64,000 nucleotides of DNA from Acidobacteriota bacterium (GTDB taxonomy: Bacteria > Acidobacteriota > UBA890 > WLXD01), in NCBI GenBank assembly GCA_012103255.1, contig WLXD01000003.1:141984-205983 (forward strand), in the 5' to 3' direction. Below, in pieces: positions 21,243 through 30,460 of the stretch (position 1 is its first letter; each line of letters starts with the position of its first letter). Under the pieces are notes generated by a model that saw nothing but the letters and a program-made list of their open reading frames with translations, had not been told where the DNA came from and did no database searches. The translations under genes were made by a program, and so were the position numbers.

Positions 21243-23936
21243 CTACTCCGATCGCAGACTCACCGCCGGATCTAGAGCAAGGGCCCGGCGGGCCGGAATC
21301 ACTGTTGCGACAAGAGCCACCAGGAGCAGCAACGTGGGGACGCCGAGATAGACCAACGGCTCGCCGGCGTTCACACCTTCGAGCACCGCGGCCAGAAGCC
21401 GACCGATCGGGATCGCCACCGCCAGACCGATGGTCGCTCCGATCGCCGTGAGCGCCATACCGCGCCGCACGGCCAGGGCCAGAACCTGGCGTGGGGCTGC
21501 GCCGAGCGCCACCCGAACCCCGAACTCGCGCGTTCGCCGTGCGACACGGTACGCAAGCAGGCCATAGAGGCCGACCGCCGCCAGGCCCAGAGCAGCCGCC
21601 CCGAAAGCCGCCATCAGGCTCGTCGGCAACCAGACGATCACGAGCGAGTCGCGAACGATCTTCTCCAACGTGCGCACCGAGTCGACCGGGATCGCCGCAT
21701 CGACACGCCACACCGCGTCCCGGACTTCCGTGGCCATCTCGGCCGCGGGCCTGCCATCAGACTTGATCGCCAGCAGCATGCGCGCACGAGCATCGGTCTG
21801 TTCGTACGGCACGAAGAACGCGGGGCCCGGCGGATCCAGCATGGTCAGGTGCTGGAAATTTCGAATCACGCCAACGATGGTGATCCAGTCTTCGTCGTCC
21901 CCGCCGCGGATGCGTTGCCCAATCGCATCGCCTTCACGCAGGTGACGCAGCAACGCCTCGTTCACAACGGCGACTCGCGCGGAATCAGCCCGGTCCGCAT
22001 CCTCGAACAGCCGGCCGCCCACGACGGTCGCGCCCATGGCGGGCAGGTAGCCCGCTGTCACCGCGCGGTAACCCGCTGACGGCGTGCGCTCCAGGTCCTC
22101 GACGCCCTCGACCTGGAGGTCGCTGACGGGATTGCTGAACGACAAGGGCAAGATCGACGTGGCACCAACCCCGTCTACCCCCCGAACGGACTCGATCTCC
22201 CGAATCGCTTCCCGATAGAAGTTCTGCCGAGACTCCACGCCTTCGTAGCGCGGGCCGTTGGGAGCTACCTCGATGGTTAGCACGTCGGCGGCCTCGAATC
22301 CCGGGTCCTTCGCCACCAGACCGGTGAACCCTTTCACCATCAGACCAGACCCGATCAACAGCACCACTGACACGGCAACCTCGGCGACCAGGAGTAGGCT
22401 GCGCAGCCGACCTCGGCCCCCTTCGATGTGACCGGATTCACCGCTGGCTCGCATCACCGTGCCGAGATCCGCACGTGCGGCGCGGAACGCGGGAACCAGG
22501 CCGAACACGATCCCCGAGGTCGCCGCGACCAGAAAGGTGACCAACAAGACCCGCATGTCCGGACCCGCCTGCGTCGCCGCGGACGAAGTCTCGAGAACGG
22601 CCTCGGGCAGACTGGCGACCAGCAGCCTGCCGGAGAAGCTAGCGGCGATGTGCCCGACGACGACGCCGGCCAGCGACACGATGACGCACTCCACCAGCAG
22701 CTGTCGGACGATCCGCGCTCGCGACGCTCCCAGCGACTTACGGATCGCGATCTCACCCTGGCGTGTGGCACCACGGGCCAGGAGAAGATTTGCCACGTTC
22801 GCGCAGCAGATCAGCAAGACGAATCCGACGGTTACCAGCAACACGGCCAGCGCGGGCGCCATGATCTCGCTCATCTGCTCCCGCAGCAGCACCGCCCGGG
22901 CGCTCACTCCTTCGTTGGTCCCCGGGTAGTCCTCTTCCAGCTGCGCCATGATGCTCGCCAATTCGGCACTGGCTGTGTCGATGTCCGTACCGTCGGCGAG
23001 GCGCCCGATGACGATCTTGTTCCGCTCCGATCGGGCGTTGACAATCTCCTCCGTCGCCCAGCGAGCCGGCCGCCACAGATCACCGCGGGCGACCAACTGC
23101 GGGTACTCGAACCCTTCGGGCATGACCCCCACTACGGTGTGTTCACGCTCGTTGAGGAGCATCGCCGTGCCGACGATCTCGGGGTCCGCGCCGAGCCGTT
23201 GCCACAGTCGCCAGCTCAGGACGACGACATCCGGGGCTCCTACTTCGCCATCTGCCGAACCGAAACCGCGACCGAGAACCGGGGCCGAGAGCAGCACCCC
23301 AAAGGTGTTGGTCGTGACCGTATAGCCGGTAAGGGCGAGCGGCTCCTGGTCTCCGTTGAGATTGACGGCCCAGCTGTGCGAGATCGCGATGTCCTCGAAC
23401 GACTCGCTGCGCTCCCGCAAGTCCACCCAGTCCGCCGCCGACGTCGCGCCAACACTGACTCCAACGTCCGGCCGGGTCGTCCAGATCATCGCCAGGCGAT
23501 CCCCCTCCCCGAAGGGCAGCTCCGCGAACATCAGCGCATGGGTCATACCGAAGATGGTCGCGTTGGCCGCCATTCCTACGGCGATCGTGATGATGGCGAC
23601 GGCCGCGAAACCTGGGCTGCGCATCAGATTGCGCACCGCATAGCGGATGTCCTGAACGGTGTCGGCGAACCAGCGACGACGGCTCCGCCGCTGCGGCCGG
23701 GGTGCTCCGCCCGAGGGCAGCGGTTCGGGCAACAGGCGGCGCTCCTCGAGTCCGTCGCGGAGCACCCGAGGAATTGTTCGCGACCAAAGCCTGGCGAGGC
23801 CGGTCAGCCCGTCACGACGCCACGTCGCGTTGTGCAACAGGCCGAAGTCGGCGAGAACCATCTCGCCGTAGCGCGCCCGGAACGTACGCGGGTAGGCGGT
23901 GAGTAGAGCCCTGTACAGCACCTGCGATCGACTCAA
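21243..23936 (-). CDS. ADOP-type duplicated ABC transporter permease (MacB/FtsX x2)
   Basis: QDIRYAVRNL..SPGF, LLICCANVANLLLAR, EIAIRKSLGA, REFGVRVALGA, DPAVSLRSE; coupled to PadR gene. Confidence 0.9.
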   Translation of the reverse strand: MSRSQVLYRALLTAYPRTFRARYGEMVLADFGLLHNATWRRDGLTGLARLWSRTIPRVLRDGLEERRLLPEPLPSGGAPRPQRRSRRRWFADTVQDIRYAVRNLMRSPGFAAVAIITIAVGMAANATIFGMTHALMFAELPFGEGDRLAMIWTTRPDVGVSVGATSAADWVDLRERSESFEDIAISHSWAVNLNGDQEPLALTGYTVTTNTFGVLLSAPVLGRGFGSADGEVGAPDVVVLSWRLWQRLGADPEIVGTAMLLNEREHTVVGVMPEGFEYPQLVARGDLWRPARWATEEIVNARSERNKIVIGRLADGTDIDTASAELASIMAQLEEDYPGTNEGVSARAVLLREQMSEIMAPALAVLLVTVGFVLLICCANVANLLLARGATRQGEIAIRKSLGASRARIVRQLLVECVIVSLAGVVVGHIAASFSGRLLVASLPEAVLETSSAATQAGPDMRVLLVTFLVAATSGIVFGLVPAFRAARADLGTVMRASGESGHIEGGRGRLRSLLLVAEVAVSVVLLIGSGLMVKGFTGLVAKDPGFEAADVLTIEVAPNGPRYEGVESRQNFYREAIREIESVRGVDGVGATSILPLSFSNPVSDLQVEGVEDLERTPSAGYRAVTAGYLPAMGATVVGGRLFEDADRADSARVAVVNEALLRHLREGDAIGQRIRGGDDEDWITIVGVIRNFQHLTMLDPPGPAFFVPYEQTDARARMLLAIKSDGRPAAEMATEVRDAVWRVDAAIPVDSVRTLEKIVRDSLVIVWLPTSLMAAFGAAALGLAAVGLYGLLAYRVARRTREFGVRVALGAAPRQVLALAVRRGMALTAIGATIGLAVAIPIGRLLAAVLEGVNAGEPLVYLGVPTLLLLVALVATVIPARRALALDPAVSLRSE

Positions 23937-24283
23937 CTGGATCCTCCGATCGGCAACACGCTTTTGTTGCGCGCCACGCTCACAAGGCGCTCCAATCGCT
24001 CGGCCTCGCGCGCGACAACATCGACTCCCGCTTCGGTCAACTCATACTGCCGCCGTCGGGTCTCGTCCGGCTCGTGCTCGGTCACGAAGCCCTCGCGGGC
24101 CAGACGTCGGAGCGACCGGTACAGATTGGCGGGGTCCATATGCACGGCCCCCTCGCTCTCCTCGGTGATGCTCTGCAGGATCCGGTAGCCATGACCGCGC
24201 CCTTCAACGAGCGCAAGCAGGATCAGAAAGTCACGGGCCGCAAGCGGCAACGCCGGCACAACATCACGATTGAGTGCTTCCAT
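23933..24283 (-). CDS. PadR family transcriptional regulator
   Basis: ILLAL..GHGYRI, LYRSLRRL..EGFV, RRRQYELTEAG. Confidence 0.9.
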   Translation of the reverse strand: MEALNRDVVPALPLAARDFLILLALVEGRGHGYRILQSITEESEGAVHMDPANLYRSLRRLAREGFVTEHEPDETRRRQYELTEAGVDVVAREAERLERLVSVARNKSVLPIGGSS

Positions 24284-24371
24284 CGAGAACTCTCCAGAAG
24301 GTTCTTTTCGTTAGGTTCTGGAGATGACCCTATTGGTCACAAGACTAGTAGTCAAACGACAAAGTCGTCTT

Positions 24372-25464
24372 TCACGCGATCTCAGTGTTTTCCGCACTAG
24401 GCTGCAGCCACCGTGATCCGGTCCGCACGAAGTACGTCAACCACATGACGATTCCAACGAACTTGGCGCCGTCTTCGAAGATGAACGGGTTCAGCCCGGG
24501 AATGCTCACGACGTCCAGACCCACGGACGTGATGAAGAATCCGAGGGCGATGGCAAGTAGTTGCCACTCCGTCGCACGGATGATTCGTCGGAACCGGGTC
24601 AGATAGGCCGCTATCGCGATCATGTAGGTGACGATCAGCACTTTCTCGGGAATTCCGAGGCGAGGGAGTTACGCGCTCGTGCCACAGAAAGGTGTCGTCG
24701 AGGGCAAGCACGGTCGTGAACACCGCCGAGGCCACCAAGAACCGCCGCACGGCCGGATTGGCGGTCCAGTTGATGCCCGCCACGAAGAAGCAGATCGCCG
24801 CCGCAGCGGCCCAAAGCAGGAGCCCGAGCTGCGATAGCGCGCCCGTCACGGGCGGCAGGCCAGCCACCTGCGTCACATCCCGAATCAAGACGTCGAACGG
24901 CACGCCCGCGACGAATCGCTGCTCCACAACAAAGCCTATTGGCACGGCGGCGGCAGCGAAGGCAAGAAGCATGACCCGCGCCAGCGGCATGCGGGCCGAC
25001 CGCTGGACGACGTGTTCCGGGCTTGCACCGATCCGGAGGCGTCCGCCCGCGGCTGCGGCGATCAACGCAAGCAGGGCGGCCAGCGCGAGACCCGCCGTCG
25101 TATGCCATACGGCATATTGCGACGTGACGATCACGAAGCCAAAGGTCGCCGCCACCGCCACCGCCAGCGGCAACGCGACAACGCGTGCGGGCACCCGCGC
25201 ATCGGCGCTGGTCCACAAGGCGACACCCAGCACAAGCAGCAACGCCCCTGACACGCGCGCAAATCCGATGCCGGCCCAAACAACCTCGACAGCGGGAGCC
25301 GGTTCAAGCGGCGGAACCGCCTGCCCGCCGATGACCTCGAATGCCGTGGGCCCCGCAAGCGCAACCCACAGCCCGAGCGCCACGGTCAACGCGGCGACGC
25401 TCCGCGCAAAGTACTGCCACATCGGCAGGAGGCGTGAGGAAGAAGCGTGGGTCTTCGGTGACAT
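24372..25464 (-). pseudogene. Multi-TM membrane protein split by a frameshift near 24660
   Basis: DDTFLWHERV in ORF 24397-25464 continues as LGIPEKVLIVTY...FEDGAKFVGI in the frame of ORF 24372-24641. Confidence 0.65.
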
Positions 25465-25581
25465 GCGTCAGGTCCAGGGCTTTGCCTGGCGACGACCTGG
25501 CGACGCCGGGCGCGAGCCCAGCATAGTTGAATGCCCGCCGGACCAACAGGCTCGCGCCGACGGGCTAAGATCGGAGCCGTC

Positions 25582-25665
25582 GCCGGAGTGGTGGAATGGC
25601 AGACACGCGGGATTCAAAATCCCGTGGGCTTTATGCCCGTGTGGGTTCGAGTCCCACCTCCGGTA
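25582..25665 (+). tRNA. trnL: tRNA-Leu (anticodon CAA), long variable arm, no encoded CCA
   Basis: GCCGGAG/CTCCGGT acceptor stem, GGTGGAATGGCAGAC D-arm, GCGGGA-TTCAAAA-TCCCGT anticodon arm, GGGC-TTTAT-GCCC variable arm, GTGGG-TTCGAGT-CCCAC T-arm; TAAGAT -10-like at 25565. Confidence 0.97.
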
Positions 25666-25752
25666 CTTATGCGATGAGCGGCATCGGAAAACGCGACGCT
25701 AGCGGTTTCTCCCACAGCAAGTTCCGCGCGACTTCGCCGAAGGAGAAACAGG

Positions 25753-26223
25753 ATGCCGAAACCCATCCGCTACTCACTTGTCTCGATGCTCGGTGTCGGC
25801 CTGGTGGCCACGTGGCAGGCATTCAATGTCGGAGTCGAGTCGGGTGCTGAGCAGGCGTTCCAGGAGAACTCAACTTCGGCCGCCGAGCCGGACTTTGTCG
25901 GTCATTGGGAGGGCTCGATCGCAGGGGTAATCACGCTCGTCTTTCACATCACGGAATCGGACGGGACGTACTACTCGACGCTCGATGTTCCGCAGCAGGA
26001 CCTGGCTGGACGGGTCATGGACAGCACCACGATCGATGGGACGAAGCTTCGCATCACGTTCGATCTGATAGGGGGCGTCTTCGCGGGCGAGATGCTGGAT
26101 GACGGCACGATAGCGGGGACCTGGCGCCAAGCGCATGGAGGCGACCCGTTTGCCCTGAATCTCCGGCAGCGGGGTAGCGAGTCGTTGGCGCCCGCCGAGG
26201 CGCCGGGCCGCGTCCCGGGCTAG
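25753..26223 (+). CDS. Exported or membrane-anchored small beta-domain protein
   Basis: AAGGAG RBS; N-terminal hydrophobic helix; GHWEGSI..LVFHI...TLDVPQQ...F.G......I.GTWRQ pattern seen N-terminal to many hydrolases. Confidence 0.7.
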   Translation: MPKPIRYSLVSMLGVGLVATWQAFNVGVESGAEQAFQENSTSAAEPDFVGHWEGSIAGVITLVFHITESDGTYYSTLDVPQQDLAGRVMDSTTIDGTKLRITFDLIGGVFAGEMLDDGTIAGTWRQAHGGDPFALNLRQRGSESLAPAEAPGRVPG

Positions 26224-26355
26224 AAGGGATCCCCCGCCTCGCCGCGGTGGTGGCTTGCACCACGGTGTCGCACGCTGACCACGAGCGCGACGACCTGGTC
26301 AGCGAACCGCTGCCTGCACCTCGCACGAGTAGAAAGCGCTCTCGTGGATACTCAA

Positions 26356-27264
26356 CTAGCCCACGAACCCGCCCCTGACGGCGCGCACGCCGTAGGCCCA
26401 GAAGCCCTCCAGGTCCGGCGGGAACCTACTGATTTCTCCGGCCCGCTGGCGCGAGCCGTGCGTCTTGTGCGTCTTGTACAGCAAGAACAGACCGAGATTC
26501 TTCATTGTCTGGTCGCGTTCTGTCGCCGCTTCCTTCTCTGCGACGGACTCGAGCACAGCAATCGCGAGATCCGGCGCTTCTCTCATCATCACAAGCGCGG
26601 CACCGTATCTCACTGCATTCTTGATCGACGGGACGTCGTGGTAGCTCGCCCTTAGCTCGTTGAGCTTGGGTTCGATTTGCTCCACCGATCGGGTCCACAT
26701 CGCGGCCCGCTGAGCTGGCGATGACCGGGGCGGCAGTACGTCCGTTTCCGATAGCGCCATCGTTATAGCGACGTGAACGTAGGTTTCAGGTGCCCAGAGG
26801 GTTTCTTCGGCTGAGTCACGGCTATGGCTAACGACCCCGCCGAACAGAAGGGCGATCAGCGCCGTGATGGCAGCAGCCCGCATCGAGGGAAGCGGCTTGT
26901 AGTGCGTCGGCGCGGACGCGGGCGTTGCCTCGGGCGTCGGCGCGTGAGGCGTGAACAGCACGCCACGGCCGTGCAAGGTGCGAAGGAAGACCGGGGCTGC
27001 AGCCGTCTCGCCAAGAGCGCGCCTCAGCAGATGGACGACTTCGCAGATCGACTGGTCGGCGACCGCGGTTGCCGGCCAGCACGCTCCGAGTAGCTCATCC
27101 TTCGTGATCGGGCGGTCCGGGTTCGCTAGCAAATAGCTCAACACGCGGGCGCATCGGGGGTCCAGGTCAACCCGACCATCAGCTCGATGAAGCGACCCCG
27201 TCAGCGCGTCGAACTCCATGTCTCCAACGCGTGATCGTAGAGCCTTGTCCGATCCGTTCTGCAT
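26356..27264 (-). CDS. ToxR/CadC-like transmembrane transcription regulator (OmpR-type wHTH, one TM, extracytoplasmic domain)
   Basis: VLSYLLANPDRPITKDELLGACW...V..LRRALG.....FLRTLHGRG wHTH; TM AAAITALIALLFGGVV. Confidence 0.8.
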   Translation of the reverse strand: MQNGSDKALRSRVGDMEFDALTGSLHRADGRVDLDPRCARVLSYLLANPDRPITKDELLGACWPATAVADQSICEVVHLLRRALGETAAAPVFLRTLHGRGVLFTPHAPTPEATPASAPTHYKPLPSMRAAAITALIALLFGGVVSHSRDSAEETLWAPETYVHVAITMALSETDVLPPRSSPAQRAAMWTRSVEQIEPKLNELRASYHDVPSIKNAVRYGAALVMMREAPDLAIAVLESVAEKEAATERDQTMKNLGLFLLYKTHKTHGSRQRAGEISRFPPDLEGFWAYGVRAVRGGFVG

Positions 27265-27323
27265 GGCAACGGTTCTATCACACCAAGCGCGGAGCCTGCG
27301 GGAACCACGGGGGAGCCGCCAAA

Positions 27324-27350
27324 ACTAAGAAACCACTAAGGACTTTCTAG
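27324..27350. promoter_or_regulatory. 11-bp-period direct repeats (ACTAAG x2 plus a degenerate third), candidate OmpR-type wHTH binding site
   Basis: ACTAAG at 27324 and 27335, TCTAG at 27346, in the divergent intergenic region. Confidence 0.45.
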
Positions 27351-27478
27351 CCCCGATCGCGCACGGTCCGTGCCACCAATCCATTACTACAGACGGGGTC
27401 GCGCAGAAGGGGTTCGCGTGCTCGACGGCACGCTCCAGTCCACCCGCCCCGTCAGGCAGCTATGCCGGAGGTTTTGCG

Positions 27479-27733
27479 ATGGCCGAAACGAGAATCGCCG
27501 ACCGAAACGACGACTATACGACCGTGGCAGATAGGGCCAACCGAGTGGGCTGTGACTGCTGTTGCACGGACGCCGTCGCCCGCGTCCTTTGCTGCTGGAT
27601 GCAGACCGATGAAGGCAGCCAGGGGAATCGCGACAACACGGCCGAGTTCGCGAGCCAGTTGATGGCGGCCCTTGGGTGCGATCCGCAAGCAGTATCGAAG
27701 AGTCGTCGCGCTGATGACTGCGACATCGACTAA
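27479..27733 (+). CDS. Cys-rich 84-aa hypothetical protein
   Basis: GGAGG 7 nt before ATG; stop is followed directly by the GGAGG RBS of the next gene; GCDCCC..LCCW..GCD..DCD. Confidence 0.55.
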   Translation: MAETRIADRNDDYTTVADRANRVGCDCCCTDAVARVLCCWMQTDEGSQGNRDNTAEFASQLMAALGCDPQAVSKSRRADDCDID

Positions 27734-27745
27734 CGGAGGCACAGC

Positions 27746-28708
27746 ATGAGTCTCCCGTACCGGTTTCTGTTTGGCGCTTTCTTCGCAGTCTTGCCGGCGT
27801 CAGTTGGTCTTGGCCAGGAGACCGCGCAGGCACCGCAAACCGCGAGCGTTTCACAGGAGGTGCTCGCGCCGGTGACCGTCGCGCGTCGCCTGTCCTCAGC
27901 CAACACCATCAACTGCAAGCTAGGGGACTACGCGACGGCCGACTTCTTCGCCCTTCCTCCCGACGAGCAAGACCTGTTCCTGACCGAGTTCCGGGCTAAG
28001 TACGCGGCCACGCTGCGCGCGACGCGCGATGCGCTACGCGCCCTACTGCCCCGGCCCGTTTACATGGTGTCATTCCGCCTGAAGACGTCGGTGAGCATCA
28101 AGGAGAAGATCACCCGCAAGGGCTACAGCTGCTTCTCCCAGTTCTCCGACATCGTGGGCACACGAGTGATCGCTCCTGCGTACGCCTCGTTCGGGGCCAT
28201 CCAGCGAACGATCACCGACACCTTCGATGTCGCCAAGGCCGAGAACCTACTCGACGACAAGCCCGGCGGTGGCTATCGCGCCCTGCACTATGACGTGATA
28301 GTGCTGGGGCGCAAGGCCGAGATCCAGGTCATGACGCGCAGGATGGCCGCCTTCACGGAGAGTTCTCATCCACTCGCGTACAAGGGGCCGTACGCGGAGC
28401 CGAATGACCCGTCGAAGGACACTCCGGAAGCCAAGGCTGTCCGCGGGTATCTGAAGAAACTGGGCGATGCGATTCACGAACTGGATAGAGGCAACTCAGC
28501 TACTCTGCCCCCGATCCCCGCGACTCTCCCGGACGACGCCCAGGAGCGGCTCAACAAGACAATGGTTAAGCTTGTCTCGCTGAGTTCCATCGATCCAATC
28601 ACGCCGCTTACGTTCGCGGAGATCTTCGTCAACCCGGCGCTTGCTCTGCTTGAGTTCTACGCGCTAGACGAGTTCCTTCCCATCGCGCTGATCGAGCAGG
28701 AACAATAG
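27746..28708 (+). CDS. RelA/SpoT-type small alarmone synthetase domain protein with N-terminal signal peptide
   Basis: RLKT..SIKEK, DIVGTRVI, GYRALH, EIQVMT, H.LAYK synthetase motifs; MSLPYR-FLFGAFFAVLPA-SVGLG/Q signal; GGAGG RBS. Confidence 0.82.
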   Translation: MSLPYRFLFGAFFAVLPASVGLGQETAQAPQTASVSQEVLAPVTVARRLSSANTINCKLGDYATADFFALPPDEQDLFLTEFRAKYAATLRATRDALRALLPRPVYMVSFRLKTSVSIKEKITRKGYSCFSQFSDIVGTRVIAPAYASFGAIQRTITDTFDVAKAENLLDDKPGGGYRALHYDVIVLGRKAEIQVMTRRMAAFTESSHPLAYKGPYAEPNDPSKDTPEAKAVRGYLKKLGDAIHELDRGNSATLPPIPATLPDDAQERLNKTMVKLVSLSSIDPITPLTFAEIFVNPALALLEFYALDEFLPIALIEQEQ

Positions 28709-28744
28709 CCGCAATTGCCAGGTTCCGCGGCGCACATGCAACCT

Positions 28745-28853
28745 ATCTCGCCTGTGCGCGCGGCGAGAGCCCGAAACTTCCACAATCTCCTACACACTTC
28801 CACAAGTTGTGCAGAAAACTCTTTAAATATAGATATCTAAGAGTGCAGGCACA
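28745..28853 (+). repeat. Conserved element end, copy 1 (arm-like 10-bp tandem repeats + AT-rich tract)
   Basis: 28761-28789 matches 33506-33534 at 28/29; ACTTCCACAA-TCTCCTACAC-ACTTCCACAA at 28776-28805. Confidence 0.8.
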
Positions 28854-28908
28854 GGATTCAAAATCCCGTGGGCGCAAGCCCGTGTGGGTTCGAGTCCCAC
28901 CTCCGGTA
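28854..28908 (+). repeat. att-type copy of the tRNA-Leu 3' part (variable loop GCAA instead of TTTAT)
   Basis: GGATTCAAAATCCCGTGGGC-GCAA-GCCCGTGTGGGTTCGAGTCCCACCTCCGGTA. Confidence 0.95.
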
Positions 28909-29122
28909 CTAATATTTTCGACGACTTACCTCGTTGCCGAACAACGCTTGGACAACCGGAGCCTGGCGCGCCGCCGGATCGGACCCTGGTACGCAGAGGT
29001 CGGATCTCGTAGGGTCGTCTGCGACGCTTGTACGCGGCTTCACTGCTAGCCTGGCCGGTACCCCGTCAGCCCTCCGACAAGGGGCCGGCCGTCGGCGTTC
29101 GGCCGACCTGGAGATGCGAAAC

Positions 29123-29956
29123 ATGGCGGACGACACCCCCCCGTCGATCGAGCAGATTCGCGAATGGCTGGCCCACGAGAGCATGTCTGGGTATGGCTTG
29201 ATGCGCCGCTGCACGTGGCCGGGAAGGAAGCCCGCCGTAGAGCTTCTCTACATCATCGACAGCACCGGGGGAGAACAAAGCCGGAAGCACCGAATGTCCC
29301 ACGACCACTATCGCTGGGTCACCCGGATGTTCTGGCGCTCTCGTCGCCTGTACGAGGCAATTCTCTTTCTTCTCGATGCCGCTCAGCCCGAAGAAGCGGC
29401 AATCCTGGCGCGCTCGTTGTTTGAGGACAGCATGCGTCTAATGGAGCTCGCTGAGGACGAAAACAAGCGCGACGCCCGGATCATCTGGTGGATGAACGAC
29501 TCAATTCAGCGAGCGTTCAACCTGCAGAGGGGGGATCCGGCATTTGAAGTCGAGGACAGACTCATACTTTCACGCCACGAGTTGGAGGGGCGGCGGGCGG
29601 GCCTGCAAAGGTACGCTGCGTACCACGGCGTGACCAAGTACGAGAGGTTCAGTTCGCCCAAGGACGCGGCTACCCGGTTTGATCGGAAGATGTCCTATTC
29701 CCTGTACATGTGGGCGCATCAAGCGACGCACGGGAACGACGCCGTTTGGGGAGTCGCAGCCGTGAAGCGGCCGGAAGGCGGCGAACTCCTGAATGCGAAG
29801 ACAGCGGATGTCCTGTGGCTCAAGATGGTGGCCAACTTTGCCATCCAGGCAGTGTTCGATGCCATGATCGCCGCCGCCTCAGTGCTTGGATGGGCAGTGC
29901 CAGAAGAAGCGTTCTCGAAACTCGACGAGTACCAGCAAGCTCGCGACGAGCAATAA
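29123..29956 (+). CDS. DUF5677-like helical protein
   Basis: EEAAILARSLFE and Y.LY.WAHQATHG motifs; GGAG RBS upstream. Confidence 0.6.
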   Translation: MADDTPPSIEQIREWLAHESMSGYGLMRRCTWPGRKPAVELLYIIDSTGGEQSRKHRMSHDHYRWVTRMFWRSRRLYEAILFLLDAAQPEEAAILARSLFEDSMRLMELAEDENKRDARIIWWMNDSIQRAFNLQRGDPAFEVEDRLILSRHELEGRRAGLQRYAAYHGVTKYERFSSPKDAATRFDRKMSYSLYMWAHQATHGNDAVWGVAAVKRPEGGELLNAKTADVLWLKMVANFAIQAVFDAMIAAASVLGWAVPEEAFSKLDEYQQARDEQ

Positions 29957-30137
29957 CCGGTGCCCCGGCGGCCAGGAGGCGTGCCTGGACATCGCTTCTG
30001 CGAGCGGTCGTCGGGATCTCGGTCTCGTCGTCTAGTCAGCATCGCGCAACGTCTCTTCGAACTGCTGTACTTCCAGCCTTCGGAGCCGGTGCTTCGAGAC
30101 TCGTTGCGCCAACTGCGCCGCTGACCCAACGCCAGCC

Positions 30138-30460
30138 TCAATCTGGCTCGTTGGTGGCGAGTCGGAAACATAGGGGCGCCGTCGAGCCGTCTGTGCACTT
30201 GCCCTCGTTATCCCGGCGCTCTAGTTGCCGTGCCGTGCCAATCTTGAAGTAGTCGGCGTCGGCCGTGCGGCCGCGCCGGAGCCCAGGACCAGGGGCTGGC
30301 CCCACGGGCCCACCGCCGCATGCTCGACATCGCGAAGGGCTCTTTCGTGTACCGGATAGTGCGGCCGTCCACGCGTAGTGCGTCTTCGGCCTCCGATCCT
30401 TCTTCGTAGCGCGTGATCAAGATGGTATCCGCCCGGTCACCTATCAGCATGAACAGGGCA
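30138..30460 (-). pseudogene. Probable degraded gene remnant
   Basis: Coding-like stretches in two frames (MLIGDRADTILITRYEEG... then TADADYFKIGTARQLERRDNEGKC...NEPD*). Confidence 0.3.

Larger units (their letters stand above)
25666..28908. mobile_element. tRNA-Leu-integrated cargo segment 1 (no integrase recognised)
   Basis: Bounded by the tRNA and a 55-bp copy of its 3' part; conserved arm-like end at 28745-28853. Confidence 0.7.
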
